In this document: positions 11,785 to 23,896 of the stretch, one piece after another | Layout: each line of letters opens with the position of its first letter | Position numbering within the stretch: position 1 is the stretch's first letter | From: Chrysomallon squamiferum | Taxonomy: Eukaryota > Animalia > Mollusca | DNA length: 64,000 bases | Direction of reading: 5' to 3' | Assembly (NCBI GenBank): GCA_012295275.1 | Contig: CM022666.1 | Location: forward strand, 7,130,001 to 7,194,000 | The notes under the pieces: generated by a model | The model's database searches: none | The model's input: only the letters and a program-made list of their open reading frames with translations | What the model was told of the DNA's origin: nothing | Program-made: the position numbers and the translations under genes

Positions 11785-14700
11785 TTTCAGCAAAAAGGAG
11801 AAGAAGAGAAAACACAAACTGAAGTCTCCAGTGTCAAGGTCACCAAGTCCATCGGATTCTCCAGTTAAAGGCAAAGGGCACAAGAAGAAGTAAATTTTAT
11901 TGTTAATGTGAAGATATTGTTTGTTTTTATGAAAATCTCATTTAACTTGATCTATTTTTTTTTTTTTTTTTGAAAGGTATATTTTATACATGGGCTAATA
12001 TACTTCTAATGCTCAAGAAAAATATTTTTTAGTATATTTGAGTTAATAGATCACATCTTCTCATATCATTTCAGCCACATTTTGGAGGCATAGTTAATGT
12101 CAGCGAGTTTAAATTTTTTAAAAGATTCTAGTTTATGTTGTTTAATTTTCAGGTATGACAAAGAAGAAGATGTGCCGCATAAAGTGAAACACAAGAAAGC
12201 AAAGAAGCTTCTGAGGAAGCAGTTGGAGAAGTCGCCAGAAATTGGAGCTTTGCGAACTAAGAAAAAACATTCTCCGAAACAAGCCGAAGAAAAACCAAGT
12301 AAAATTGGACGAGATTTACCAGCTTCTAAAAATTCTCCAGAAAAAGCTTTAACCCGATCCAGATCTCCACTGAAATCAGAACGCCAGAAGCCAGGATATT
12401 CTAGGTCTAGGTCCAGAAGTCCTTATTCCCCAGCAATTGTCCCTAAAGCGAAGGTAATACCAGACTTTGTTCGTGAGGGGCTGAAAGAAGGGAAGTACAG
12501 GATTAAGAAGAAAAAGGACAAAGCGAAAGAGGAATCCCCAGCTTCTGACCATGAACTAAAAGCTCATGGGTCGGGCAAGAAGAAAGTGTCGCCCATGAAA
12601 ATTAAAAAGAAAAACAAGAATAAACACGAAGTCCCCATTCCAAAAATAAAAGACGATATTGAGGAAGATTTGCCGGAGAGACACACAGATTCTGAAGGGC
12701 GCTCAGGAAGTTCTGAGTCTTATTCGAGAAGGCACGAGGAAGAGCTGAGAGAACAGAAAGAGAGAGAGGTTCAAGAACTGAAGCAGAGGTCTGACAGGTA
12801 CGACAGAAGAGATCGTGCAAGAAGCCCTTCGCCAAAGGAACACGGAAGATCTGCGTATCAAGACAACTTGGAGAAAAGCAAAAAAGCAGCCATTGGTGCA
12901 GAGAGAAAGCGCGAGAGGCGCGAAGAATTCGAACGGAATTACAAGAACTCGAGCCAGAAAGCGGAGAGATCGAAGTACGGCATTTCGCCCAAACCGTATC
13001 CAGTGGACGAATACGCCTCACCAGTCACAGAACACAGAGAGAGGTCTCCCGACGACAGGTCCCGGCTCAGACAGGACAGATACAAGGAGCCTGAAAGAGA
13101 CAGCAGGAGACGGGACATTCGACCAGCCGATGACAGGAGACTGCCGAGGGAGACTGCAGTGAGAACTGAGGAGTTCGATTCGCGAGGACGCAGTCCTTCC
13201 ACTCACTCCCGTGATCGCGGGGAACGCAAAGACAGACTTGATCGTCCTGGCAGTGCAAGCGTTCCCGACAGAGCAGATCGCTACGCGCCCTCCACGGAGT
13301 ATAGATCAGGGCAGGAGCCACGAGGAAGGTTTGAGGAAGGATTTTCTCTGTATCCTGACCATCCTGACGTAGATCGGCAGCGTTACCCTGGCGACCGAGA
13401 GCAGTTTGACTCTCGCAATGGGAGGCAGAGAGCCGATGTGAATTTTGAACGTGGTCGCCGCGATGAAGCCAGTCGAAATCGATTTGGCAGACTTCCTGAT
13501 GAAAGGAGCCATGTTGAGGGTAAATTCTTATATTTGTATGAAGAAATAAGTTCTGAATTTGTACCATCCAGCTTATTTTGTTGGTTGCAACCAGCTGAGC
13601 ACTATCTGTGTTTTTATTGTATAAAAGTTAGATGTTTAAGCATTTTTCTTCAAAAAGCTTCTTTTTTTTTTCTTTGTATTTTCTTTTATTATTTCACTGG
13701 AATATACATTGTTGTTTTCTTTTTCTTATAATCATTATTGATGATGTGTTTCATTTGTTTTTTTTCAGCCTTTGAAGAGTTTGATAGACCTGAATTCAGT
13801 GATCGCAGTCGGGGGGCAAGAGGACGCAGGGGAGCATATGATAGTAAGTAATATTTATATCTAAATATATAACCTAATATATATAGGTATGGGCATGTTT
13901 TATGATAAATACAGTCAAACTTATTTCGAAAAAATAAAAAAATAAAAAAATAAAAACAACAACAAAAAAGCAAACAATCTAAGAATTTTGGTGCAGTAAT
14001 GATAAAATATATTTAATCAGGTCCAAAATTTATTTGCTGTTTTAATAATTCTTCAAAAAAATTATATTTTACTTCTAGATATCTCTCCACTCACATACAG
14101 AGGTAAGTTTACAGTCGTACAAAAATGATTTTTTGTTATCTCACACCTTTCATTACATTTTTTTTTCTCTCTTTTTAAATTTAGTTTCTGGAAAACCAGG
14201 CATCTGAAAACAAAAACATTTCCATTTCTATTCATTGACAAAATAAATGTTGTGTATCAGATATATATATATATTAATTCATTGCAGAATGATAAGAATC
14301 GTCACGATAATACCAAAACATTGCATTGTCATTAATTAACTGTTAATATTAAAACATGTGGCCAACTAAATCTTCATTAACAGGTCGATACGAAGGAGCA
14401 GCATTCGAAGAAGATCGTCAGAATCGAAGGGCGGATTGGGAGACTCGCAGACCAGCAGGAGAAGCTTTCAGGACAGAAGCCGATTGGCCAGCACGTCCTG
14501 ACAGCCGAAGAGAACCTCCGAGAGATGAACGGTACGACAGTCGCCGCGACGACCGTAGACTGGACAACAGGCCATTTGGTCGTGAGGTAGATGACCCCAG
14601 GAGTCGTCCAGGGGAGGACATTCGTAGCCGATCAGACTGGAGGCCTGACAGCTCTGCAGACAGCAGACGGCCAGCTGATTTCCGGGAGGAGAGGCTGAAT

Positions 14701-17700
14701 GAGCGAGGAAGAGAAAGAGCAGGTTCTCCAGGACCCACAGTGGACTGGGCGGTTGCGAGGGAGGGTCGAGCCTACGAGAGAGGTGTTCGGGAAGATCGAG
14801 TTGCTGGGGCAGCTTTCCGGGATGAACGAGGAAGCAAAGCACGAAGAGACGATCGCGGATTCAGAGACGAGAGGGACGATAAGCGCTACGATTCGAAGAG
14901 AATTGCTGCAGATGACAAATTGGGCAGGGAGGAGCGTGGGATCAGAGATGATCCGCTGAAAGAAGAAAGGAGTCTGAGAGAGGAGAGACAGGACGACAGG
15001 AGTGTTCTTGACCGGTCGGAGAGAGACGCTAGCAAGTCGAGAGAGAAAGGAAACAAAGACGTCCACTCTCGCATCTTCGACAAAGACAGCTACGACTCGC
15101 GGTCACGAAAAGAGGAGAGGAGCATAAAAGATGAAGTGATCAAAGGTGAATTTGCTAAAGTGGAGAGATCGAAAGACAAGAGAGAGGATGAACACAAGTA
15201 CAGGGAGAAAGACAAACACGTTGCTGAAGATGTTTCAAGATACGACAGAAGTGATGCACATTCCGTGAGAGATGAGGCTGATAGGAAGTACAAAGCTGAC
15301 GACGTAGCTGTGAAGGATGCCAAGAAGAAAGGCAAATCACACAAGAAGGGTCTAAAGAGGCCACCTCGAAGCTTCGATGATATCGACAGTGATGATGATA
15401 TTTCAGAAGAACACGATAAAGATTTGAAGTGAGTGTTAAAAATAGCTGATGGCCATTAAATAAAGTGAGAGTATTTAAAACTGATGTTTATTCCAGCTTT
15501 TAGCAATTTCATTTTGAATTCTCATTAACCTTTGTCTGACATGAGGTGGCCATTTTTTTTTTTTGTATTCAGGCTTCATGACACATTCATTCATTTTATT
15601 CACTCATTCTTTCATTCTTTCAATAAATACATGACCCAAAGGACAAATTATTAAAAAATTTATTTTTCTATTATCAAAGTCATGTTTCAGCCTGCAATCT
15701 TCTTTTTAAAACTTTATTCGTCTGAAATGGTTAATGAAGGTAGTTTAAACAGTTTAATATTGATTGAACATTTCATCACATAAACATTTTGATTTGAGTT
15801 TATTGAAAAAAATTTTTTTTTCTTTCTGTGATTTAGAAAAGATGGAAAGCTAAGTTTGTCTGACGATAAGAAAACAAGAACACCGGATCGTCGCAGTTTG
15901 TCACCAAAGAGAATCTACTCGCCTTCCTCAAAAAGAAGTCGATCTCCTTTGAAACAAAACTCGTCTCCTTCCTCCAAAAGGAGCCACTCGCCATCGAGAC
16001 ACAAACGGTCTCCTTCAACAAAACACAGTCGGGCAGGATCAAAACGTGAGCGATCTCTTGATTCAAAACACTCTCGTTCTTCATCCAGACTCCGTCGATC
16101 TCGTTCTCCACGTCACAAACGTCCACGCGACGTTTCTCCGGCAGGTTCACACCACAGTCGAGGAGGTGACCGGCGGTCAGACAGAAGTCACCAGCCTGCA
16201 AAGCGAGATGATGACAGTGACCACGACGACAGACGCAGCACAGCGGGAAGTCTCGACCTGGAGAGGAAAAGTCGAAGGAGGGGAAGTGTCACAGAGACAG
16301 CGAGAAAAGACAAGGCGAGAAGTCTGAGTGTAAGTTTGATCAGTTAGTGGCAGACAGACAGAAAGATGTGTTATCCTACCCATCATAAACAGTCGTAGGA
16401 TTAATTAACATAACATGTGTGATCATAAACAGTTATAGGATTAATTAACATGACATGTGTTATACTACCAATCATAAATAGTTATAGGATTAATTAACAT
16501 GACATGTGTTATACTACCAATCATAAACAGTTATAGGATTAATTAACATAACGTGTGATCATAAACAGTTATAGGATTAATTAACATAACGTGTTATACT
16601 AACCATCATAAACAGTTATAGGATTAATTAACATAACATGTGTTATACTACACATCATAAACAGTTATAGGATTAATTAACATGACATGTGTTATACTAC
16701 ACATCATAAATAGTTACAGGATTAATTAACATGAGTGTGTGAGCCTACCCTTTATAAACAGACATAGGATTAATTGGCATGATGTGTTTTATCCTACCCA
16801 TCATAAATAGTTATAGGATTAATTTACATGAGTGTGTGATGTCTGATCCTACCCATTATAAACAGTTATAGGATTAATTAACATGAATGTTTAATCCTAC
16901 CCATCATAAACAGTTATAAGATTAATTAACATGAATGTTTGATCCTATCCACTATAAACATTTATAGGATTAATTAACATGAATGTGTGATCGTACCCAT
17001 TATAAACTGGCATAGGATTAATTAACATCAAATGGGTTATCCTTTCCATCATAGGATTCATTAAAATCAGATGGTACTGGCATTTTCTCTTCAAAAACAT
17101 TGTAGCATTTCTTTGTTGTTACTGCTGTGGACAAATGTTACCTGTGAGATTTCAGTTTTCCAGATCAGTTTCTCAAAATGAAGCATATATTGTTTCTGAA
17201 GATCTGTTTTAAAAAACAAAAAAAAAAACAATTTCAAGACTGACAGCTAATACCTGTTAATTTAAGAATTAAAATTAGACATTCAGAGTAGTATGAACCA
17301 TAAGACATATTTACAAAATATATCATTATTTGTGTGTATTTATTACTAATCTGTTTAATGAAGTACCATTCTTTCAGCCCCAGACTGCCTCTAGAAAAAC
17401 AGAAGATGAATTTTCAAAATCTGAGACTTTGGGTAAGAGAAAACGATCTTTGTCCGGTGCAAGCAAGAAGTCACATGACGTGAAGAAAGAAGAAACCAGA
17501 TCGAAAAGAAGACGTCTCGGTGACAGAGACAGTGGTAATATATTTTAAAATAACCTTTTTTTTTAATAATCAGAATGTTGCAGGCTAGATATCTCAACAA
17601 GTTTTATAAAAATCAAGTGTACACCACTTGCAATACATTCATTCATATTCATCTCAAGCCATGTTGCAGATATTCGCTGTAAATAATAAACAAATTAAAG

Positions 17701-19190
17701 ATAGTTTTGCTTGAGATGGGGTTTTTTTGCTTTTTCTATGAGAAATACTTTAATTTAATTTTTGTTTTATTTGTTTTATTTTTTTTTTGTTGAAGCTTGT
17801 AAGAAATTTGTAGCAGATTTGTAAGGGTTTGCTTCTGGTATATTTAACTATTTCATCAAGCAGAAAAATCAGCAAATATCAGAATATGACCCTAACTGTT
17901 TGGGTCTTAGAAAGGGAATAGTCAGTAAAGCACACACATTTGAATATCGGCAATTAAAAAATAACGTTTTTCAGAAACCAGCATTTATTCTTTTGTTATT
18001 TGTCAGTCCAAGATAGGAATTTTAAAAAAATATTAACAACTTTATTGATAATTTTTTCCACATTTTTATAGTTTGTCTGTTTTAAATTTAACTACAGCGA
18101 GAGAAACAAAACCACATCTTGATGAAGAAGAAAAGAAAAGTTCAGTCCTTGTTTCTGACAAAAAAAATCTTCATGACAGTGATATGGGTGAGTTACAAAC
18201 AACTGTTAGTAAAACATGATGAAAATTTACACAATCTGTTGGATATTTCCATTTCCAGCCAGTGACTTATCAAAAGGCATTAGTATGTGTTTTCTGGTCT
18301 GTTCCATGAAAAAAAAAAAGACCAATTCCTGCAGATTGAAAGAGAACAGGCTGTGGAATGGTTGAAGTAGGTTTTCATTCTCATATCCTGATACATTCGG
18401 TTGACATCTAGTATAACACATGCTAATGTAAATATGTGTTGAGGTGTTACGAATAATATAATTGTTACTTTCATTAATTTCTTAAAGTATGGCTATTGTG
18501 GTGCAGCAGACAGATGGATGTATTATTTTCAAATTCTTGTAGTTTATTTATTTTATTTTTTTGTTATAGTGTTCCTGTTTTGGCAGATAGAGAATCAATA
18601 TATTTACTGAACTTCCAAATAATTGTTTTATTATTATTAGTAGTAGTAGTATTATTTATTTTTTTTTTTTCGAACATTCCTGTGCAGTGCATATGGTTAG
18701 ACTAAATGATTTTACTTCTAATTAATTGTTATGTTGATGTCTTAGTTAAAGTATTACTAGGTGTTTAGTAAAAATTTATATATTACTGTTTATATAATTT
18801 TAAGTGATATTTTTATCTGTTAGAGAAGACTCTCCTTTACTAAAAATAAAGTTATCTTATCGTAACTATTTTTGTATGAATCTGAATTGGAAACTGAACA
18901 GTTTTTGTCTGCTTGTTTGTTTATTATTTATTAAATTGTTTGTTTGTTTATTATTTTTAAATTGTTTGTTTGTTTGTTTGTTTGTTTGTTTGTTTTTGTT
19001 TGTTTATGTTTTGTGTTACGTTACAGAAGGAGACCTGGGAACTGAACCGGATGCAGAGGTTGTTGTTTTCAGTGACTGGTCTGAAGATGATGACATTGCA
19101 GATAATATACTTAACAAGGAGGATGAGAAACTGGTAAGTCAACATTTCAATAATAATAACAATAACAACAACAATAATAACAATAATAAC

Positions 19191-19241
<51 letters not shown>

Positions 19242-20497
19242 GTATACCCATAGCAGTGGAAAGAGGTAATCTAAATACATAAAAAGTAACAAAAATAACA
19301 GCAACATGAATATTAATAATGATATACATTAACAGTAAGATTACTGGCAATAATAATAATAATAGTAACAGTAGTAGTTGTAGTAGTATTTTTATTAGTA
19401 GTAGTAGTGAAACTCAACTGATGCAGAGCAATATCCAGATCATCTGGTTTTATGAACATAAGCAGATGATAAACTGAGAAATAATTTGATGTAGTTATTA
19501 TTCACAAAAAAGCTGCTGTCCTGTTTTTATCTCAGAATGAACCGCCAACAGACGAAGGCCTGAGAAGGGTCAAGGACGACCGAGTGAGGCGTAGCCCTAG
19601 CAACAGCAGTCGCAGCAGCTGGTCAAGCCGCAAATCAAAAGAGAGAGGAATGCGTGCGTCGCGTGCCAGTGTTTCGCGTTACAGAGACGAGAAGGTGAAA
19701 GACTTGAACTCAGTTCTTCTCGACAGCAACGACAGGTCAGTCTCTCCTGAAATATTAACCCTTTCTCTGTGAGAACACTGTTCTAATTTAAATTTTGTAA
19801 AGATTAGTTAGTTCGTGTGTTTGATAACTAACACATAAATATAATTATTAATTAATAGCTTTGTTTAAAGTGAAGGAATGTAATTTTCAGTTGCTTGTTC
19901 ACTCAAAAAAAACAAAAAAATATATATATAAAGTTCGAGTTCCATTATCTCAGATGGGTTATATAATTGCTTAACTTTTTATTCATGTTTTCTATATTTT
20001 TGAGTCAATATCAGAAGGTTATATTTGCAGAAATTCACAAAATATTACTTTATTACTGATATTTGCAGAGATGGCATTAACATAGACACAAATAAACTGT
20101 GAATGTGTTTTTTCCCTTGTTTTACAGAAGTGTTGAGCAAACCGAGCCAGATGTTAAAACTGCTCAAGATCAGAGTGTGGAAGTGAAAAAAGAAGGTGAG
20201 TGCAAATTAAAGATGTACTGACTCTGAAGAATTAAGTCTTGTAAGTTCACTTACAGTTAATTTATATTCTTTAAAGAAAAATCATTTGACACACACACAC
20301 AAATATAAATAAATACTTTATATCTACTACAGTTTGTGGTAAAATTCTGTATTTTTATTTGATATGTTGGTTTTTATGATTGGTTTTGTGGTTTGTTTCT
20401 GTGGATTTTTACGGTTTTTTTCTTCTTTTTTTTTTTAACATAAGACCACTTTATTTATTTTTAAAAGAAAAATGTAATAAATATTGTTTTAAAAATG

Positions 20498-20539
<42 letters not shown>

Positions 20540-22834
20540 CCCAATAAATCAATACTGAATTAATATGCCATTCATTTAAAAAAAAAAAATGCACAGATTT
20601 ACTAAAATTTGAATAGTATTTTTTAATTTATAATTTTTTTTAAAATATATTTATCTTGTTCTTTTTATATCAAAGTTACTGATCAGCTTGCCTGTATATG
20701 GAATTCTTTTAAAGTTTAAATTCTGCTTGCTCTTTTTACAACAGCTGACGTCGGTTTACCAGAATATGAATCCATATCTTCATCTGAGGAGGAGTTTTTA
20801 GAAGAAGAGGCCCAAAAACCAAGTATGTCACATTGTAATCAGAACTTTATAAAATCAGTAGAGCCAGTTTAGTCTCAAATTGCCACAGTCAGTGGATTTA
20901 ACATTCTGTTTCAACGAACTGCAGTTAGAAAAAATTTTAAAATATTTTTTACTATAAACTGTATTTTTGTGGTAGTAGACCCTATCATGGCTTCATAATT
21001 TTATAAATCTTAAAAAAAAATGTAAACATTTTGCCACTGGTAATAATTGGTCATTTGGTTAGTAGTTTTGCTTCTTAAACTTTATTACAGTATTAATCTG
21101 TTATTTAATCCGAATTCTTCATATATTTGCTATTAATTTATTTTACATTTCAAATGTTTTTTTACCCCTCTGTTACCAGGCATTACAGACATTCTTGAAA
21201 TTGATTGGTCGAGTTTGAATGAGGAAACTAGACCTAAACCAGTAAAAAGTTCTGTTCTAGACAAGTTTAAACCAGCCAGTATTTTCAGTCGTATTGGGGT
21301 GTCAAGAAAGTATGCTGGAGAGGAGCTGTTCAACAAAATTAAAGAAGTTTGTGAGAAAGATATGAAAGAAATGTCAAAACAGGAATCAGGCAAGAAAATG
21401 AAAAAATTTATAATTTAATTTCTTAAATACATTTTTTTGTATATATTTAAATTTTTTTATGGTTATTATTTATTTTTGTTCAGTAGTCTTCGTTTAATTT
21501 GTTTGTTTATTATCTTGTTTATTGTTTTATTCATTTTATCTGGGGTTTTTTTTTTTGAACTATACTTTTAATGTTATTAATATAGTTTATTTTGTTTTAC
21601 TTTACTTTTATTATTTTTATTAAATTATTTGTTATTCATTTTATTTTATTAATTTTTTTTTTTTTTTTTATTCTTGTTCATTAATATATTTTTTAATTTC
21701 ATTATGTGTTTTTTAAATTACATTTATCTATTCATTTATTTTTTTAGTCATTTTATTTTTTTTAAATTTTAATTATAGCTATTTATTTCTTTATTTTAAT
21801 TTTAAAGTATGTTGTGTTGTTTTATTTTATTTTACAAAAACAAATTACAGTTTAACAGTATTATTTAAATATGACAAATTCTTTTTAATGGTGATAAAAA
21901 TAAATAGTAAAATCTTTAAAAAAGAAAGATAAAAAAACAAAAAAAAACAAAAAAAAACTGAACAATTTCTTAATTTTGTTTAAATTTAGTTATAAAAAAA
22001 AATAAAAAAATAAACTTCATATTAAAATTAAACACTCATTCCATCCATAACTATCACCAAAAAAATTTAATAATTATTTATTTTTATTTATTTCTATTTT
22101 TTGATATTTAGAACAAGAGAAAAGCGAAGCATCTGAACCTTCAAAGACTGAAGAGTTCAAACTGCAGCACGACGTGGCCTTACTGCACTGCTGTTTGTCG
22201 CGTAATGCGACACAGCGAGCCAACCTGATGAAAGACTTTGGACCACATCGTCAAGCCCTGTGTGCAAGACGGGATCTGGAGATGAGGCAACAGCTGTGCA
22301 AAGTTGACAAAGTGAGCAGAGCTTGTCGACCATTTTAACATTTGTTTTGTTTTGCTGTTGAAATTTTACAGACTTAATGGGATGTGTGTTTGGTATTTTG
22401 TATTTTGTTCTGTAATTCTGTCGAAATTTGACGAAGCAAGTAGGATATGTTCACCATTTTATATGTTACTGTCATGTTTTAAAACTGGTATTATTTTATA
22501 ATTTTTTTTTTAAATTCCACATCATAAAAATATTTCAAGCATTTTTCAGTTCAGGGAAGATTTTTTGTTATTACTCTCAAATAGTGGGTAGTTGTAAAAA
22601 TAATTTACGTTCGTTATTTGCAATTATTAATTTTATTATACAGGCAGATAATCTGCTGAGAACAGTTCACCTATATAAAAGTTATTTTTAAAAAAACTCA
22701 CACCAAACCCTCAGAAGTTAAAGTATTTTTGTTTGTTTTTAAACTGAATAAAACTTTAATACTAAAACAAAACTAATTTATAAAAAAACATCTGTTAATA
22801 AAACCTCTCAAATTTCTTGATAACTTTTTATAAA

Positions 22835-22873
<39 letters not shown>

Positions 22874-23325
22874 TAAAATAACTTTAATTTAAAAAAATAG
22901 TACTAAAGTATTTAATATTACTAACATAATGAAAATATCTTAAATTCTTTCTTTGTAAAGCCACATAAATAATAGCTTTAATATTCATTATTATTATTAT
23001 TAGATGATATTATTTTTATTGCTCATTATTGTTATTGTTATTATTTTTATTATTAATATTGTTTTTGTATTATTATTATTGTTGTTGCTGTACTCTATTA
23101 CTATTACTTTTATAATTGATTTATTTACTTATTAATTTACTTATTTATTTTATTTATTTATATTTTCCACAGGTGTTTGATCAGGCTGCTGTGTACCCAA
23201 GTCAAGTGATGGACGTAGATTTGTGTAAACTCAGTATTCAGTTGTTCAGACGGAGTCGAGAACACACACCCGAGAAAAAAGACTCACTGACACGATCCCC
23301 CTCAGTGGTGTCCTGTCAGTCATAG
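6754..23325 (+). CDS. ZC3H13: Zinc finger CCCH domain-containing protein 13 (m6A writer complex adaptor), ~1,679 aa, 19-20 exons
   Basis: Exons 6754-6879, 7507-7628, 8151-8356, 8920-9057 (one extra A), 9565-9647, 11791-11889, 12153-13519, 13769-13843, [14079-14102], 14384-15428, 15837-16329, 17378-17534, 18098-18187, 19027-19133, 19536-19735, 20128-20195, 20745-20822, 21180-21389, 22112-22311, 23173-23325. Splice phases are compatible once the extra A is removed. N-terminus MSKARRRVTV...PSVFERLGP; one C-x8-C-x5-C-x3-H finger (CRNWLLKGTCTFGSQCKYQH); long R/D/E/S-rich middle; C-terminal motifs FSDWSEDD, YESISS, EIDWSSL, GPHRQALCARRD, LSIQLFRR matching vertebrate ZC3H13. Confidence 0.95.
8350..8680 (+). 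repeat. ~35-40 bp tandem repeat beginning at the ZC3H13 exon 3 donor
   Basis: GTAGAAAGTAATTAT recurs at 8350, 8388, 8466 and 8625, with further degenerate copies between. Confidence 0.8.
9820..10102 (+). mobile_element. Degenerate SINE-like element with an internal ~46 bp tandem duplication
   Basis: GC-richer island ending GTTAAATAAAACATTTCC. Related reverse-orientation fragments lie at ~27140-27400 and ~30295-30480. The segment TCCTTGTCCTT...TCTGGTATAACAGAGGATGTAATGCA is duplicated at ~9885-9970. Family assignment is from recall of mollusc SINE tails, not a search. Confidence 0.5.
11100..11630. repeat. Degenerate pentamer satellite (ATACT/TACTG/ATTAC/ATACC)n
   Basis: Continuous 5-bp periodicity with a drifting unit sequence. 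Confidence 0.8.
14079..14102 (+). CDS. ZC3H13: Candidate 24-nt frame-preserving microexon of ZC3H13 (NISPLTYR)
   Basis: TTTTACTTCTAG acceptor, AG|GTAAGT consensus donor, phase 1-1 like its neighbours, no stop codon. Confidence 0.6.
16378..17056. repeat. Intronic minisatellite, ~40-50 bp unit (CATCATAAACAGTTATAGGATTAATTAACATGACATGTGTTATACTAC)
   Basis: About 14-15 tandem copies sharing an ATAGGATTAATTAACAT core. Confidence 0.92.
21390..22111 (+). other. GC-AG intron of ZC3H13
   Basis: CAG|GCAAGA donor at 21389/21390 supplies the required phase 1. The nearby phase-1 GT donor (T|GTGAG) would create a TAA on joining exon 22112. Confidence 0.75.
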
Positions 23326-23363
23326 AATCATTTCTAATCATTTTTGTATTTCAGTTACATGTT

Positions 23364-23373
23364 AATAAATAAA
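23364..23373 (+). terminator. Probable ZC3H13 polyadenylation signal (overlapping AATAAA)
   Basis: AATAAATAAA ~40 nt after the TAG stop. Weak because of the AT-rich background. Confidence 0.4.
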
Positions 23374-23896
23374 AACAATCTTTTATCTTTAATCATGTTG
23401 AGTGATTGCTGTTCATGGCTTCATTGTAAGGAATGAGATACACGCACATTCATATATGCATGAATTCAAAAAACAGCAGAAACAAGCAGTTGTTAAATAG
23501 GTGTGTCTAATGAAGAGTGTGCAAATAATAAATAAAAATAAACATCAATAAATAAATAAATAAATTGTCTAATTCATTATAGAGATGACTGACAAGCTCT
23601 GTTAATATACACAAAACAAATTCAATGTGCCGACATCTTCCTAGGATAGTGTTTAGGTTACTTTAGTGGGCAGAAAATAAGACTAAGAGCCACAAAACAA
23701 AAAAACAAAAATAATAATAAAAAATGTTGTTAGCAAACAGGTCGATACACAGATAAAAATATATAGTAATCTAAACAAGAATAACTTTTGAGCATTTATT
23801 ATACTAACATGTACGTATGTTTAAAATGTACAGAGCATGTTTCAAAAAATAAAAAATATATAAAAAAATATATAAAAAATTATTTATGCTTCTAAG

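Noticed and set aside
12602-16386. Multiple antisense and alternative-frame ORFs over the large ZC3H13 exons
   Set aside because: Shadow ORFs of purine-rich R/D/E/S coding sequence, with no independent motifs.
16378-17056. CRISPR-like array (constant core with variable intervening sequence)
   Set aside because: The intervening segments are related to each other, there are no cas genes, and it lies in a eukaryotic intron. It is a minisatellite.
6754-23325. ZC3H13 as a pseudogene
   Set aside because: Only one lesion, in a homopolymer, across ~5 kb of otherwise intact coding sequence with intact splice sites.
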